Assembly (NCBI RefSeq): GCF_009914755.1
Contig: NC_060934.1
Direction: 5' to 3' (one strand)
DNA: 64,000 nt
Source: the human T2T-CHM13v2.0 reference genome, Homo sapiens
Part shown: piece by piece, positions 63,175 to 64,000 of the stretch
How the letters are laid out: the number at the start of each line of letters is the position of its first letter
How positions within the stretch are numbered: position 1 is the stretch's first letter
Position numbers and translations under genes: made by a program
The notes under the pieces: model-generated
What the model saw: only the letters and a program-made list of their open reading frames with translations
The model's database searches: none
Told to the model about the DNA's origin: nothing

Positions 63175-64000
63175 TTAGAGAGAATATGCTGTCTGGTGCT
63201 GATCCTGGTGATTCAACCCTCCCTGTCTGTGCCTGCTCTTACCAGTGTTGGCCTTGAGGGAGAACGGTTGTAGGTGGGCTGGAGAGTTCTTTGGTGATGC
63301 CATACCTGATGATCTCATACAAGTGTCCCCAAAGTAAGTGCATCCCTTATGACAACTTCCTAGCTGGGGTTCTTTAATTTTCCAGGGTAGCCCCTATTAA
63401 GTCTTAAATTCAAAGCCAAAGTCTGGACCAAAGTCTTAGAGGACCAAACAGAAGTTTTAAAATTCCCTGTACTATGTTTACCAGAAGGTTGAGAAACTTC
63501 TTTGCTGGAAAGATTACTTGTCTCCTGACCTGTGATTCTAGAGTCCTCACAGTGGAATTTCAGGTCTTCTCCATGATAGGTGGACACAGTAGGCAATGTT
63601 CACAGTGAACAGACTGGTCAGGTAACCATGAGGAAAAAGTGACCCAAGTTATGCAGAAATACTCACTTGTAGCAAATATCAAGGCCTAGAAAATCAGAAT
63701 TCTGTATCAACCCAGGTGTTTAAATTGGATCAACCAAGACTGCAACCTAATGCCCCTCAACAGGCCATATCCCCCCTAAGAACCCTTGGTTTGTGTATGT
63801 TACGAACTTCTCCATGTCATCACATAGCATGGGATTCCAGTATGTGTTACTTTTTGCTTCTTAGATTGGTTGCTTTTGCTTAGACTGATGGCCTTAGGGC
63901 AGTTTTAAATGGCTGTCTTGTAATATGATCAGGTAAGAATATCTGGGAAACCTTGTATGTTTTAATTGGTAATGGTTATGCCAATAATTCTTGATGAATA

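Overview
This is human genomic DNA (a pre-Ta L1HS copy is present), dominated by repeats: L1, Alu, THE1A, MLT/MST and MER. I find no intact protein-coding gene. The main hidden structure is a fossil two-gene block on the minus strand. The first is a multi-exon paralog of PHF24/GINIP (~50340->41461), with seven exon remnants in the expected order and splice signals partly retained; its first coding exon carries 20 in-frame copies of a 15-bp/pentapeptide repeat ([EG]xxGL). The second, downstream and in the same orientation, is an intron-containing DNAJB5-like pseudogene (9910->6482), with a CpG-rich remnant (~13.2-13.6 kb) where its promoter would be. This mirrors the PHF24->DNAJB5 arrangement at 9p13.3, which points to an old duplicated segment rather than retrocopies. 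The homologies come from manual translation against reference proteins recalled from memory and need BLAST confirmation. Other notable items: a ~310-bp inverted duplication, an L1-in-L1 near-palindrome, a human-specific pre-Ta L1 and a young AluY.
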